The translations under genes were made by a program, and so were the position numbers. The notes below the pieces were generated by a model that saw only the letters and a list, made by a program, of their open reading frames with translations, was not told where the DNA came from and did not search any database. DNA of 25,725 nucleotides from Dehalococcoidia bacterium (GTDB lineage: Bacteria; Chloroflexota; Dehalococcoidia; DSTF01; RBG-16-68-14): NCBI GenBank assembly GCA_040882355.1, contig JBBEBM010000047.1:62001-87725 (forward strand), in the 5' to 3' direction. Positions 16,276 to 25,249 of this stretch are shown in pieces. Within the stretch, counting starts at the first letter, position 1. Every line of letters begins with the position of its first letter.

Positions 16276-16304
16276 TCATCGGCAGCGGTGGTCCCAAGAT
16301 ATAG
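16276..16304 (-). promoter_or_regulatory. Sigma-28-type promoter upstream of the GGDEF gene
   Basis: Minus strand CTATA-N16-GCCGATGA, the same spacing as the promoter before the HD-GYP gene. Confidence 0.55.
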
Positions 16305-16320
16305 CTCCGAGGCCCGCCGG

Positions 16321-16348
16321 TTGACAGACGACTGGGAGACGCTATGAT
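16321..16348 (+). promoter_or_regulatory. Sigma-70 promoter for the Cys-rich gene and flavodoxin
   Basis: TTGACA (16321-16326)-N16-TATGAT (16343-16348). Confidence 0.6.
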
Positions 16349-16382
16349 GAACGCAACAGCCCTTCCTACGGAGACCCACCTG

Positions 16383-16928
16383 ATGCAGATCGACTGGGAT
16401 AAGACACTCGAGGAGATCCTGGCCGACAAGACGGCCTGCCCGCGCTGCGGCAGCTTCACGGACGACATCGTGGCTGGCTATACGCGTGAGACCTGGGGCG
16501 CCGAATACGCGCCTCGCTGCCAGTTCTGTAATCGCCGCGAAGACTGCGATGCGCGCAAGCTGGTCGTGCTCTGCGAGGGCTGCGCCCGGGAGCTTGGCCT
16601 GCGCTCTCGAAAGGTCGACCAGGAGACCCTGATGTCGATGCTCCTGAACGACTGTCGCAAGGACCTCGAGGAGTGCCTGGACTATCTAGCGGAATACTGG
16701 CAAGAGGACCTGGACGTCCCGCCCGACGAGACGAACAAGCGTTTGGAGGAGTACGATCCGGAGGTCTTTGGCGAGGAGGACGAGGCCCGCCAGCGGCTGG
16801 AGGAGGAGTACCTGACCTACCATCGCTGGTTCCGCGATCACCACCTCCGCCTCCCTGAGCCGGCCTGGCGTGCCGAGTACGCGGAGGAGATCCTGGCTCT
16901 AGGCTACTCGACGCTGCTGGGTGACTAG
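16383..16928 (+). CDS. Hypothetical Cys-rich (probable Zn-binding) acidic protein
   Basis: CPRC, CQFC-x5-C and CEGC motifs plus an acidic helical C-terminus. Start moved to ATG 16383 (GGAG SD) because ATG 16344 lies inside the -10 box. Confidence 0.8.
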   Translation: MQIDWDKTLEEILADKTACPRCGSFTDDIVAGYTRETWGAEYAPRCQFCNRREDCDARKLVVLCEGCARELGLRSRKVDQETLMSMLLNDCRKDLEECLDYLAEYWQEDLDVPPDETNKRLEEYDPEVFGEEDEARQRLEEEYLTYHRWFRDHHLRLPEPAWRAEYAEEILALGYSTLLGD

Positions 16929-16997
16929 CGAGTCGCGCTATGGACCGACCGGTACCGGGGCCCCTCTAGAGGGGCCGTTCTGTTCAGAGGGGGCTCT

Positions 16998-17516
16998 ATG
17001 GCCAACGCCGTCCGCGTCCTCCTGCTCTTCGATTCGCGCGGCGGGCTCACCGAGCAGCTCGCCGAGGCGATCGCTGAAGGCGTGCGCGCCGTCCCCGGCA
17101 CGGAGCTGCGTTACCGGCGCATCGATGAAGCCGATCAGAAAGAGCTGTTGGAGATCGAGGCGCTGATCCTCGGCTCGCCGAACTGGAGCGGCATGACCGG
17201 CAAGCTAAAGGACTGGATGGACCACAGCGGCGACCTCTGGGAGACGGGCGAGCTGGCCGGCAAGGTAGGCGCATGCTTCACGGCGGGCTGGTCGCGCTCC
17301 GGCGGCACCGAAGCGACGCTGCTCCAGCTCATGCACCTGATCCTGTCCCACGGCATGGTCTTCGTCGGCTTACCGTGGAGCGCGCTGATGCGCCGTTCCG
17401 GCTCCTACTACGGCGCGACCGCGCACGGTGAGGTGGCAGAGGACGACCGCGAGCAGGCGCGCGCGCTGGGCCGGCGCGTGGCGGAGACGGCTCTCCACAT
17501 GGCGACGGTCCGCTAA
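16998..17516 (+). CDS. Flavodoxin-like NAD(P)H-dependent oxidoreductase, WrbA family
   Basis: DSRGGLTEQLAEAIAEG, LILGSP, LAGKVGACFT, SGGTEATL and HGMVFVG. Confidence 0.88.
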   Translation: MANAVRVLLLFDSRGGLTEQLAEAIAEGVRAVPGTELRYRRIDEADQKELLEIEALILGSPNWSGMTGKLKDWMDHSGDLWETGELAGKVGACFTAGWSRSGGTEATLLQLMHLILSHGMVFVGLPWSALMRRSGSYYGATAHGEVAEDDREQARALGRRVAETALHMATVR

Positions 17517-18763
17517 CCGCCGGCTTCGAGGGAGTGCGCGCGCTCCGGCCAGGCGTCGCGGCGCGAACGTGGCGCTGGCTTCGCCGCATCAGCCCCGCTC
17601 AACGCCTCGGCGATGCGCTGACGCAGCTCATCCAGCCCCCATCCTCGCTCGGCCGAGATCAGCACAGCGTCCGGCCGGTGCTCCGCAAGCGACGGCTCGT
17701 AGGCTGTGAGCTCCTCCAGACTGGTGATCGCCGCGCCATTGCGCTCGGCCAGCAGGTCGACCTTGTTCAGCGCGGTGATGCGCGGCTTGTCGGTCAGCCC
17801 GAGCTCCGCGAGCGTGTCATCGACGGTCTGGCCTTGCTGGGCGGCGTTCGGGTGCGTGATGTCGACGACATGAAGCAGGAGGTCCGCTTCCTCCAGCTCC
17901 TCGAGCGTCGCGCGGAAGGCAGCGATGAGCTGCGTGGGCAGCTTCTGAATGAAGCCCACCGTGTCGGTCAACAGTGCCGCCCGCCCATCAGGCAGGTGGA
18001 GCTTTCGCGTCACAGGATCGAGCGTCGCGAAGAGCTGGTCCTCGACGAAGACGTCGGCGTCGGTCATCGCCCGCATCAGGGTGCTTTTCCCCGCGTTCGT
18101 GTAGCCGACCAACGCCACGATTGGTACGCCCGAACGAGATCGTTGCCGCCGGTAGAGCGAGCGTTGGCGGCGCACGGCCTCGATCTCGCGCTTCAGTCGA
18201 GTGACCTTGTTGCGCACCAGGCGGCGGTCCGTCTCCAGCTGGGTCTCGCCGGGGCCGCGCACGCCCATGGCGCCCTGCCGCCCACTGGTCCCGAGCCGTT
18301 CCAGGTGGCTCCACTGCCCGGCCAAGCGTGGTAGCAGGTACTCCGATTGCGCCAGCTCCACCTGTAGCCGCCCCTCGCGCGTGTTCGCCCGCATCGCGAA
18401 GATATCGAGGATCAGGGCGGTACGGTCGAGCACCTTCACCTTGAGCGCGTTCTCCAGGTTGCGCTGCTGTGAGGGCGACAGCTCGTCATCGAAGACGACG
18501 ACGGTGTAGTCGAGGGTATCGAGCTGGGCAACGATCTCCGCAAGCTTGCCCTGGCCGACGTAGTGAGCCTGGTGCGGGCGCTGCAGGCGCTGGCTCGTCC
18601 TGCCAACGATCCTGCCGCGGGCAGTGCGCACGAGCTGCGCCAACTCGTCGAGCGAACTCTCGGTATCCCATCTACTCGTCCGTCGCGAACCGCTAGTGCG
18701 TTCGACGGCGACGAGGAGCGCCCGTTCCGGCTCCGGCTGGGTGCTGTAGAGCTTCTTTGCGAT
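17513..18763 (-). CDS. hflX: Ribosome-splitting GTPase HflX (predicted non-canonical ATC start)
   Basis: DRTALILDIFA, LQVELAQ, GPGETQLETDRR, G1 GYTNAGKS, LFATLD, G3 DTVGF and G4 NKVD. No ATG/GTG/TTG between the SD (18778-18774) and the conserved ERALLV. Confidence 0.93.
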   Translation of the reverse strand: MAKKLYSTQPEPERALLVAVERTSGSRRTSRWDTESSLDELAQLVRTARGRIVGRTSQRLQRPHQAHYVGQGKLAEIVAQLDTLDYTVVVFDDELSPSQQRNLENALKVKVLDRTALILDIFAMRANTREGRLQVELAQSEYLLPRLAGQWSHLERLGTSGRQGAMGVRGPGETQLETDRRLVRNKVTRLKREIEAVRRQRSLYRRQRSRSGVPIVALVGYTNAGKSTLMRAMTDADVFVEDQLFATLDPVTRKLHLPDGRAALLTDTVGFIQKLPTQLIAAFRATLEELEEADLLLHVVDITHPNAAQQGQTVDDTLAELGLTDKPRITALNKVDLLAERNGAAITSLEELTAYEPSLAEHRPDAVLISAERGWGLDELRQRIAEALSGADAAKPAPRSRRDAWPERAHSLEAGG

Positions 18764-18880
18764 GAGGTATTCGCCTCCGCTGGCAGGATAGCATATGGAG
18801 TCGGCCGTTATCCGCCCGCTCCAAAGCACCTGAGAGAGATGGTCTTTGGCCTTCGGTCGCCATCGAGTATGTTGGTGGTG

Positions 18881-19024
18881 ATGGCTATAAGCAGACGGGT
18901 ATCCATGAAGAAGAGGAAAAAGCTTCTTCGGGCAGCTCCCGCGATGCGTGGGGCGCTCTGGAAGAAGTATGGCGATCTCGACGTCACCGAGTGGGTGGCG
19001 GAAGCGCGCCAGGGGCTCAAGTAA
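18881..19024 (+). CDS. Short hypothetical ORF, possibly an antitoxin-like remnant (start 18881 or 18905)
   Basis: MAISRRVSMKKRKKLLRAAPAMRGALWKKYGDLDVTEWVAEARQGLK; the tail resembles antitoxin C-termini (G..K......WV...R); lower GC. Confidence 0.35.
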   Translation: MAISRRVSMKKRKKLLRAAPAMRGALWKKYGDLDVTEWVAEARQGLK

Positions 19025-19040
19025 TGTCAGAGCCACCGCC

Positions 19041-20327
19041 GTGAACGTCCTCGTCATCGGCTCTGGAGCGCGCGAGCACGCTATCGCCTGGAAGCTGCGG
19101 CAGTCGCCGCGGCTGAACGATCTGTTCTGCGCGCCCGGCAACCCCGGCATGGCTGACGTGGGCGCGAACCTGCCCATCGCCGACAGCGACTTCGACGGGA
19201 TCGCGCGCGCCTGCAAAGAACACCGGATCGATCTCGTCGTCGTCGGCAACGAGGACCCGCTGGCGGCCGGCCTGGTCGACCGGCTCGCTGTCGAAGGCGT
19301 CGCGGCCTTCGGGCCGGCGCAGGCTGCGGCGGAGATCGAGTCGTCGAAGGCGTTCGCAAAGGAGCTGATGGCGAGGCACGGCATCCCGACGGCGCCCTTC
19401 GCCGTGTTCGACGATGCCTCGGCTGCCCGCGCATACGTCGAGTCGCAGCCCGGCCCGTTCGTCGTGAAGGCGGACGGCCTCGCACGCGGCAAGGGCACGA
19501 TCGTCACGCATTCGCGCGACGAAGCGATCGATGCGATCGAAGCGATCATGGTGCGGCGGGTCTTCGAAGCGTCGGGCGACCGAGTCGTCATCGAGCAACG
19601 CATGTCGGGCCCTGAGGTGAGCGCGCACGCTTTCACCGACGGCCGGACCGTCGCCCACCTCCCCTTCTCCTGCGATCACAAGCCGATCTTCGACGGCGAC
19701 GAAGGCCCGAACACCGGCGGCATGGGCGCCTACAGTCCGGCGGAGTGGCTGGATGAGGCGACGGCGCAGACGATCCGGCTCGACGTGACGGAGGCTGCCC
19801 TGAGCGCCCTGGCCGCCGAGGGGCGGGCCTATCGAGGCGTCCTCTACCCGGGCATCATGGTCACCGATGACGGGCCGATGGTGATCGAGTTCAACTGCCG
19901 CCTTGGCGATCCGGAGGCCCAGGTGCTGCTTCCGCGACTCGAAACCGATCTGCTCGACGTATGCTGGGCTGCCATCAACCAGCGCCTGCACGAGGTCGAG
20001 CTGCGATGGTCGGCCGAGGCTTGCGTGGCGGTCGTGCTCGCTTCAGGCGGCTACCCGGGCGAGTACCAGACCGGCCTGCCGATCGACGGTCTGGCCGACC
20101 TCGATTCGGACGTGCACGTCTTCCACGCCGGCACGCGCCGTCAGGATGACGGCACCCTCGTGACGGCCGGCGGCCGGGTACTGACCGTCTCAGCGAAGGG
20201 CGCGACGATAGAAGAGGCCCGCACGAGGGCGTATCGCAACGTCGAACGCATCCGCTTCCATGGCATGCACTACCGACGGGATATCGGAGTGGTGAAGGAG
20301 AATCCCCCTGTGAGGAGTCGTGCATGA
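19041..20327 (+). CDS. purD: Phosphoribosylamine--glycine ligase
   Basis: VLVIGSGAREHA, APGNPG, IESSKAFAK, VVKADGLA.GKG, GPNTGGMG and EFN.R.GDPE; start GTG 19041. Confidence 0.97.
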   Translation: MNVLVIGSGAREHAIAWKLRQSPRLNDLFCAPGNPGMADVGANLPIADSDFDGIARACKEHRIDLVVVGNEDPLAAGLVDRLAVEGVAAFGPAQAAAEIESSKAFAKELMARHGIPTAPFAVFDDASAARAYVESQPGPFVVKADGLARGKGTIVTHSRDEAIDAIEAIMVRRVFEASGDRVVIEQRMSGPEVSAHAFTDGRTVAHLPFSCDHKPIFDGDEGPNTGGMGAYSPAEWLDEATAQTIRLDVTEAALSALAAEGRAYRGVLYPGIMVTDDGPMVIEFNCRLGDPEAQVLLPRLETDLLDVCWAAINQRLHEVELRWSAEACVAVVLASGGYPGEYQTGLPIDGLADLDSDVHVFHAGTRRQDDGTLVTAGGRVLTVSAKGATIEEARTRAYRNVERIRFHGMHYRRDIGVVKENPPVRSRA

Positions 20328-20788
20328 CCGCTTCTCTCGTCGCCGTCGTGATGGGTTCCAAGTCGGACGCGCCCCTAATGCAGGAGTGCCTCGACCTGCT
20401 CGCGAAGCTGGGCATCCCGTACGAGTCGCACGTCATGTCCGCGCACCGCACGCCGGACAGAGTGCGCGAGTTCGCCTCGGGTGCCCGCGATCGGGGCATC
20501 GAGGTGATCATCGCCGCGGCGGGCGGAGCGGCGGCGCTGCCGGGCGCGGTCAAGGCGTACACCACCCTCCCCGTGATCGGCGTGCCGGTGCCCTCGAGCG
20601 CGCTCAAGGGCGTCGACTCGCTCCTGGCGATAGTCCAGCTTCCGCCCGGCGTGCCTGTCGCGACGGTGGCGATCGGCTCGTGGGGCGCCCGCAACTCGGC
20701 CCTCCTCGCCGCGGAGATCCTCGCCCTCAAGCACGAGGACGTCCGAAAGGCGTACGAGGACTATCGCCGGGAGCTGGCTTCGGGGTAA
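20324..20788 (+). CDS. purE: N5-CAIR mutase
   Basis: VVMGSKSD, SAHRTP, LPVIGVP, GVDSLL and PPGVPVATV. Confidence 0.97.
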   Translation: MTASLVAVVMGSKSDAPLMQECLDLLAKLGIPYESHVMSAHRTPDRVREFASGARDRGIEVIIAAAGGAAALPGAVKAYTTLPVIGVPVPSSALKGVDSLLAIVQLPPGVPVATVAIGSWGARNSALLAAEILALKHEDVRKAYEDYRRELASG

Positions 20789-20840
20789 ACTGGAAGCGAG
20801 TTCACTGTCCTACCTTGTCCTGTCCTAGCGAGGGTTCACG

Positions 20841-22133
20841 ATGATCCCTAGGTACTCGCGCCCCGAGATGGCCCGCATCTGGTCAGAGGAGCACAAGTAC
20901 GACACCTGGCTCCAGGTCGAGATCGCCGTCTGCGAGGCGTGGGCGGAGCTGGGCGAGGTCCCCCGCGACACGGTCGAGAAGATCCGCCACGCAAGCTACG
21001 ACATGGAGCGCATCGCTCAGTACGAAGTCGAGATGCACCACGACTTCAACTCGTTCCTGCGTTCGGTCGCCGACAGCCTGGGCGACGAGTCGCGCTTCGT
21101 CCACCTGGGCCTCACGTCGTATGACGCCGAAGACACCGCGCTGGGCCTGCGGCTGAAGGGAGCGGCGGAGCTGCTGGAGCGCGACATCGAGGCGCTGCTG
21201 GCGGTGCTCGAGCAGCGCGCGCTCGAGTGCAAAGACATGCTCTGCATGGGCCGCACCCACGGCATCCACGCCGAGCCGATCACCTTCGGCCTGAAGCTGG
21301 CGGGCTGGGTCGACGAGATGCGTCGCAACGCTCGCCGGCTGTCCGAGGCGAAGACGGACATCGCCGTCGGCAAGATCAGCGGGCCCGTCGGGAGCCACGC
21401 CTCGGTGCCGCCGGAGGTCGAGGAGCGCGTGTGCGCCCGCCTCGGGCTAGGTGTCGACGCCGTCAGCACACAGGTCGTCAGCCGCGACCGCCACGCGCGC
21501 TTCGTCGCGACGCTGGCCGTGATCGGCGCGTCCCTGGACCGCTTCGCGACCGAGGTCCGCCACCTGCAGCGCACCGAGGTGCTGGAGGCGGAGGAGCCCT
21601 TCGGCGAGGGACAGACCGGCTCCAGCGCGATGCCGCACAAGCGTAACCCTGAGAAGTGCGAGCGCGTCTGCGGCCTGGCGCGCGTCCTTCGCGGCCACGC
21701 GACTGTTGCCCTGGAGAACGTCGCCCTCTGGCACGAGCGTGACATCTCGCACTCGTCCGCCGAACGCATCATCCTGCCCGACGCATGCCTTGCACTGGAC
21801 TACATGCTCGACCTGTTCACCACGATCATGCGCGGCCTCCAGGTCTACCCGGAGCGCATGCGCGAGAACATGGAGGCGAGCTACGGCCTGCCGCTCTCGC
21901 AACGGGTGCTGCTCGCGCTGATCGAGAAGGGCATGCTGCGTCAGGAGGCGTACAAGCTGGTCCAGCGCAACGCGATGCAGTCGTGGAAGGAGCGTCGCCC
22001 CTTCCGCGAGTTCCTCGAAGCGGACGCCGACGTGATGAAGCAGCTTTCGCCGTTGGAGCTGGGCGAGCTGTTCGACTACGGTTACTACACCCGCCACGTC
22101 GACGAGAGCTTTCGGAGGCTGGGCCTGCTGTGA
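20841..22133 (+). CDS. purB: Adenylosuccinate lyase
   Basis: MIPRYSRPEM, HLGLTS, GRTHG.HAEP, GSSAMPHKRNP and LWHERDISHSS. Confidence 0.97.
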   Translation: MIPRYSRPEMARIWSEEHKYDTWLQVEIAVCEAWAELGEVPRDTVEKIRHASYDMERIAQYEVEMHHDFNSFLRSVADSLGDESRFVHLGLTSYDAEDTALGLRLKGAAELLERDIEALLAVLEQRALECKDMLCMGRTHGIHAEPITFGLKLAGWVDEMRRNARRLSEAKTDIAVGKISGPVGSHASVPPEVEERVCARLGLGVDAVSTQVVSRDRHARFVATLAVIGASLDRFATEVRHLQRTEVLEAEEPFGEGQTGSSAMPHKRNPEKCERVCGLARVLRGHATVALENVALWHERDISHSSAERIILPDACLALDYMLDLFTTIMRGLQVYPERMRENMEASYGLPLSQRVLLALIEKGMLRQEAYKLVQRNAMQSWKERRPFREFLEADADVMKQLSPLELGELFDYGYYTRHVDESFRRLGLL

Positions 22134-22681
22134 ACGAGCAGGGTAACGTCCTCAAGCAGCGCCGCGACCTGAGCCAGATCATCGAGACGACCGTGAATAT
22201 CTACAGACAGAGCTTCTGGCCGCTCTTCCAGATTGCCGCCGTGGTGATTCCACTCGGCATAGCTGGCGCCGTGCTCGCGGATACCATCGGCGCGTCGAAT
22301 TCGTTCGTGCCTGCGGAAGGTATGAGTCCGGGCGAATTCGCCGCATTGGTCGCGCTCGGCGTCTTCGGTGCCGCGGTGCAGTTCGTCGCCGGCGCAGCGC
22401 TCATTGCAGCCTTGCGGGGTCTCGGTGAGGGACGCGCGCCGGAGTTCGGGCAGGCCTACGATGTGGCGTTCGACAGGTTCTGGACCCTCGTAGCGGCCGC
22501 ACTGCGAGCCTTGTTCCATGTCGTGCTTTTCGCCATCACGATCGTTGGCATTCCCTGGGCGATCAACCGATCGGTGCGGTGGCTTTTCACGGCTCAGGCT
22601 GTCGTGCTGGACGACAGGCAGCTGCATACCATATCTCGGCTTTCTTGCCAAACACTCTTGACATGTACACATAATGTATAG
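22130..22681 (+). pseudogene. Membrane protein gene, probably 3'-truncated by the adjacent low-GC insertion
   Basis: GTG overlapping the purB stop; RDLSQIIETTVNIYRQSF plus 3 TM segments, ending ...IVGIPWAI...VRWLF..QAVVLD. Composition then shifts abruptly to AT-rich sequence before the stop. Confidence 0.55.
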
Positions 22682-22716
22682 TAGTCTAATGGTAGTTTAT
22701 AGCTAGTGAAGGATAG
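22645..22716 (+). promoter_or_regulatory. AT-rich promoter region of the inserted segment, reading toward purC
   Basis: TTGCCA (22645), TTGACA (22658), CATAAT (22670), TATAGT (22677) and TAGTCT (22682) hexamers in an AT-rich tract. Confidence 0.5.
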
Positions 22717-22721
22717 GTATC

Positions 22722-23108
22722 ATGTCAAGGGTGACTATAACGGTCGAGGGCGATCCTGGAGAGGCACGGGCGGCTCTGATGAAGGTCTTAGGCATCGAGC
22801 CTGATCCCGAAAGTGGCGTTCAACATCGGGAGGCGGGTTGGACAGAGGAGGAAATGGCGCGCTTTTGGGGGCTACTGAGGCCGGGTGCTAAACGAATCCT
22901 GACCGAAGTCGCGAAGTGGCCAGACGGCTATGGCTTGGAAAACCTCAAGCGAGTCCTCGAACTCACCGGTCAGGAGATCGGAGGCCAGAAATCGTCGATT
23001 GGCCATGCTATGCGCCAGTTTGAAGGGAAGCCCTACCCGATCCAGTTTGATGGCTACAACTATCGCATGGATGGTGATATCGCGGCCTGGATTAGAGAAG
23101 GAGATCCA
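22722..23108 (+). CDS. Low-GC 129-aa winged-helix-like (DUF6416-like) domain, with no stop and in frame with purC
   Basis: WTEEEMARFW..L...AKRIL.EVA...GY....L...L.LTGQEIGGQ.SSIG...YRM pattern; AAGGATAGG SD; open frame runs into purC. Confidence 0.55.
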
Positions 23109-24002
<894 letters not shown>

Positions 24003-24018
24003 GATGGAGGGAGCAACC

Positions 24019-24297
24019 ATGCCGCGAGAACCGCAGCGTATTCATCGATCGGAACGGGGCCACATCAGTGTCACCTTCGCCAGCTTGTTCTCGATAGCGG
24101 GCGCCGTGTTGCTCGCGGTGGGTCTGAGCGGCGACAACGACGGCCTCGCCATCGCCGGCGCCGTGTCGCTGGGCCTGGCGACGCTCGTCGGCGTGAACGG
24201 ACCACATCTCTGGGTGCGCCGCATCTATCAGCGCCTGGACCGGATGGCGCCGGACGACCCCGCCGTCCATCCGGGCAAGATCCGTATCGAACTCTAG
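24019..24297 (+). CDS. Small two-TM hypothetical protein
   Basis: GGAGGGAG SD, ATG 24019, two hydrophobic helices; fills the purC-purS gap. Confidence 0.7.
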   Translation: MPREPQRIHRSERGHISVTFASLFSIAGAVLLAVGLSGDNDGLAIAGAVSLGLATLVGVNGPHLWVRRIYQRLDRMAPDDPAVHPGKIRIEL

Positions 24298-24300
24298 GCC

Positions 24301-24567
24301 ATGCTTCTCGCGCGTGTCTACGTCACGCTCAAGCCAACCGTGAACGACCCGCAAGGGCTCACCATTCAGGGCGCCCTTCACTCGCTCGGCTTTGCTGAGG
24401 TCGAGAGCGTGCGGGCGGGAAAGTACCTGGAGATTACGCTCGATGGCGCAGACCGCGCCGCGGCCGAGGCGCAGGTGACGGACATGTGCCGCAAGCTGCT
24501 GGCGAACCAGGTGATCGAAGACTTCCGCTTCGAGATCGAGGAAGTCGTCGCGTCGTCGTCAGCCTGA
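24301..24567 (+). CDS. purS: FGAM synthase subunit PurS
   Basis: VTLKPTVNDPQG, VRAGKY and MCRKLLAN.VIEDF. Confidence 0.96.
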   Translation: MLLARVYVTLKPTVNDPQGLTIQGALHSLGFAEVESVRAGKYLEITLDGADRAAAEAQVTDMCRKLLANQVIEDFRFEIEEVVASSSA

Positions 24568-25188
24568 GCTCACTGGCGGGCCACTGCCGTGCAGCTCGGC
24601 GTCACGCTTCGCCAGGTAAGCTTCGTAGGCGGCGATCTGCTCGTCGCTCATCCAGCCGGGCCTGAGGCGGTGGCCGGCGGTCGAGATGTGGTTCTCCTCA
24701 ACCTCCTCGCTGTACTCCCACGCCTCGCCGCGCACGATCGCCAGCACCTCGTTCAGCTCGCCGGCGTGATACGACCAGTGCGTCGCCGTCATCGCAACGA
24801 TGTCGAAGAGCGGTATGGTCGCGCCCCAGTGGCAGGGGCGAGGCTCATCGAACGCCTCGTCGCTCAGATCGGCGAGCGACGCCTGCCACCGTTCGGCGCC
24901 CTCCTCCAGCCACGCGACAGTCTCGTCGAGGTAGGCCTGCGAGGGGTCGATCGTGTCACGCAGGCCGCGCGGCCAGTCGACGGCGCGCCAGTGTCGCGGG
25001 GTCTCGTCGAAGGCGTACGAGTGGTAAACGTGGCTCCAGCCCGCAGCGTGCTTGAGGATGCCGAGCATGGAACGGTAGCCGCCGGCCGCGTGCAGCGCTT
25101 CGGCAAGCGTGACGCTCTTGAGGTTGCCACGAAGGACATCATGCGCCTGCCGCAGCAGACCGCTGGCGAGCTCCGACCGCGTCCTCAT
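24559..25188 (-). CDS. DinB-family (DinB/YfiT-like) putative metalloprotein
   Basis: SMLGILKH and HWSYHAGEL His triad pattern; helical composition. Confidence 0.8.
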   Translation of the reverse strand: MRTRSELASGLLRQAHDVLRGNLKSVTLAEALHAAGGYRSMLGILKHAAGWSHVYHSYAFDETPRHWRAVDWPRGLRDTIDPSQAYLDETVAWLEEGAERWQASLADLSDEAFDEPRPCHWGATIPLFDIVAMTATHWSYHAGELNEVLAIVRGEAWEYSEEVEENHISTAGHRLRPGWMSDEQIAAYEAYLAKRDAELHGSGPPVSSG

Positions 25189-25249
25189 AGGCCGTGGCGC
25201 TCTCCGGCACGCCGCCCCGTCCTAGGTTCTCGGTTCTGCGCGAGCCGCG

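Noticed and set aside
16344..16382. ATG 16344 as the start of the Cys-rich protein
   Set aside because: It lies inside the TATGAT -10 box of a TTGACA-N16 promoter; ATG 16383 has its own SD.
18780..19040. Purine or ZMP riboswitch upstream of purD
   Set aside because: No recognisable aptamer consensus; the region holds promoter-like elements and a short ORF.
18764..19636. 707-aa HflX with a long N-terminal extension
   Set aside because: The extension is antisense to purD and crosses the divergent promoter region.
25222..25237. Short GGTTCT(C) tandem between the ferritin-like and DinB genes
   Set aside because: Only two units, too short to call a repeat element from this window alone.
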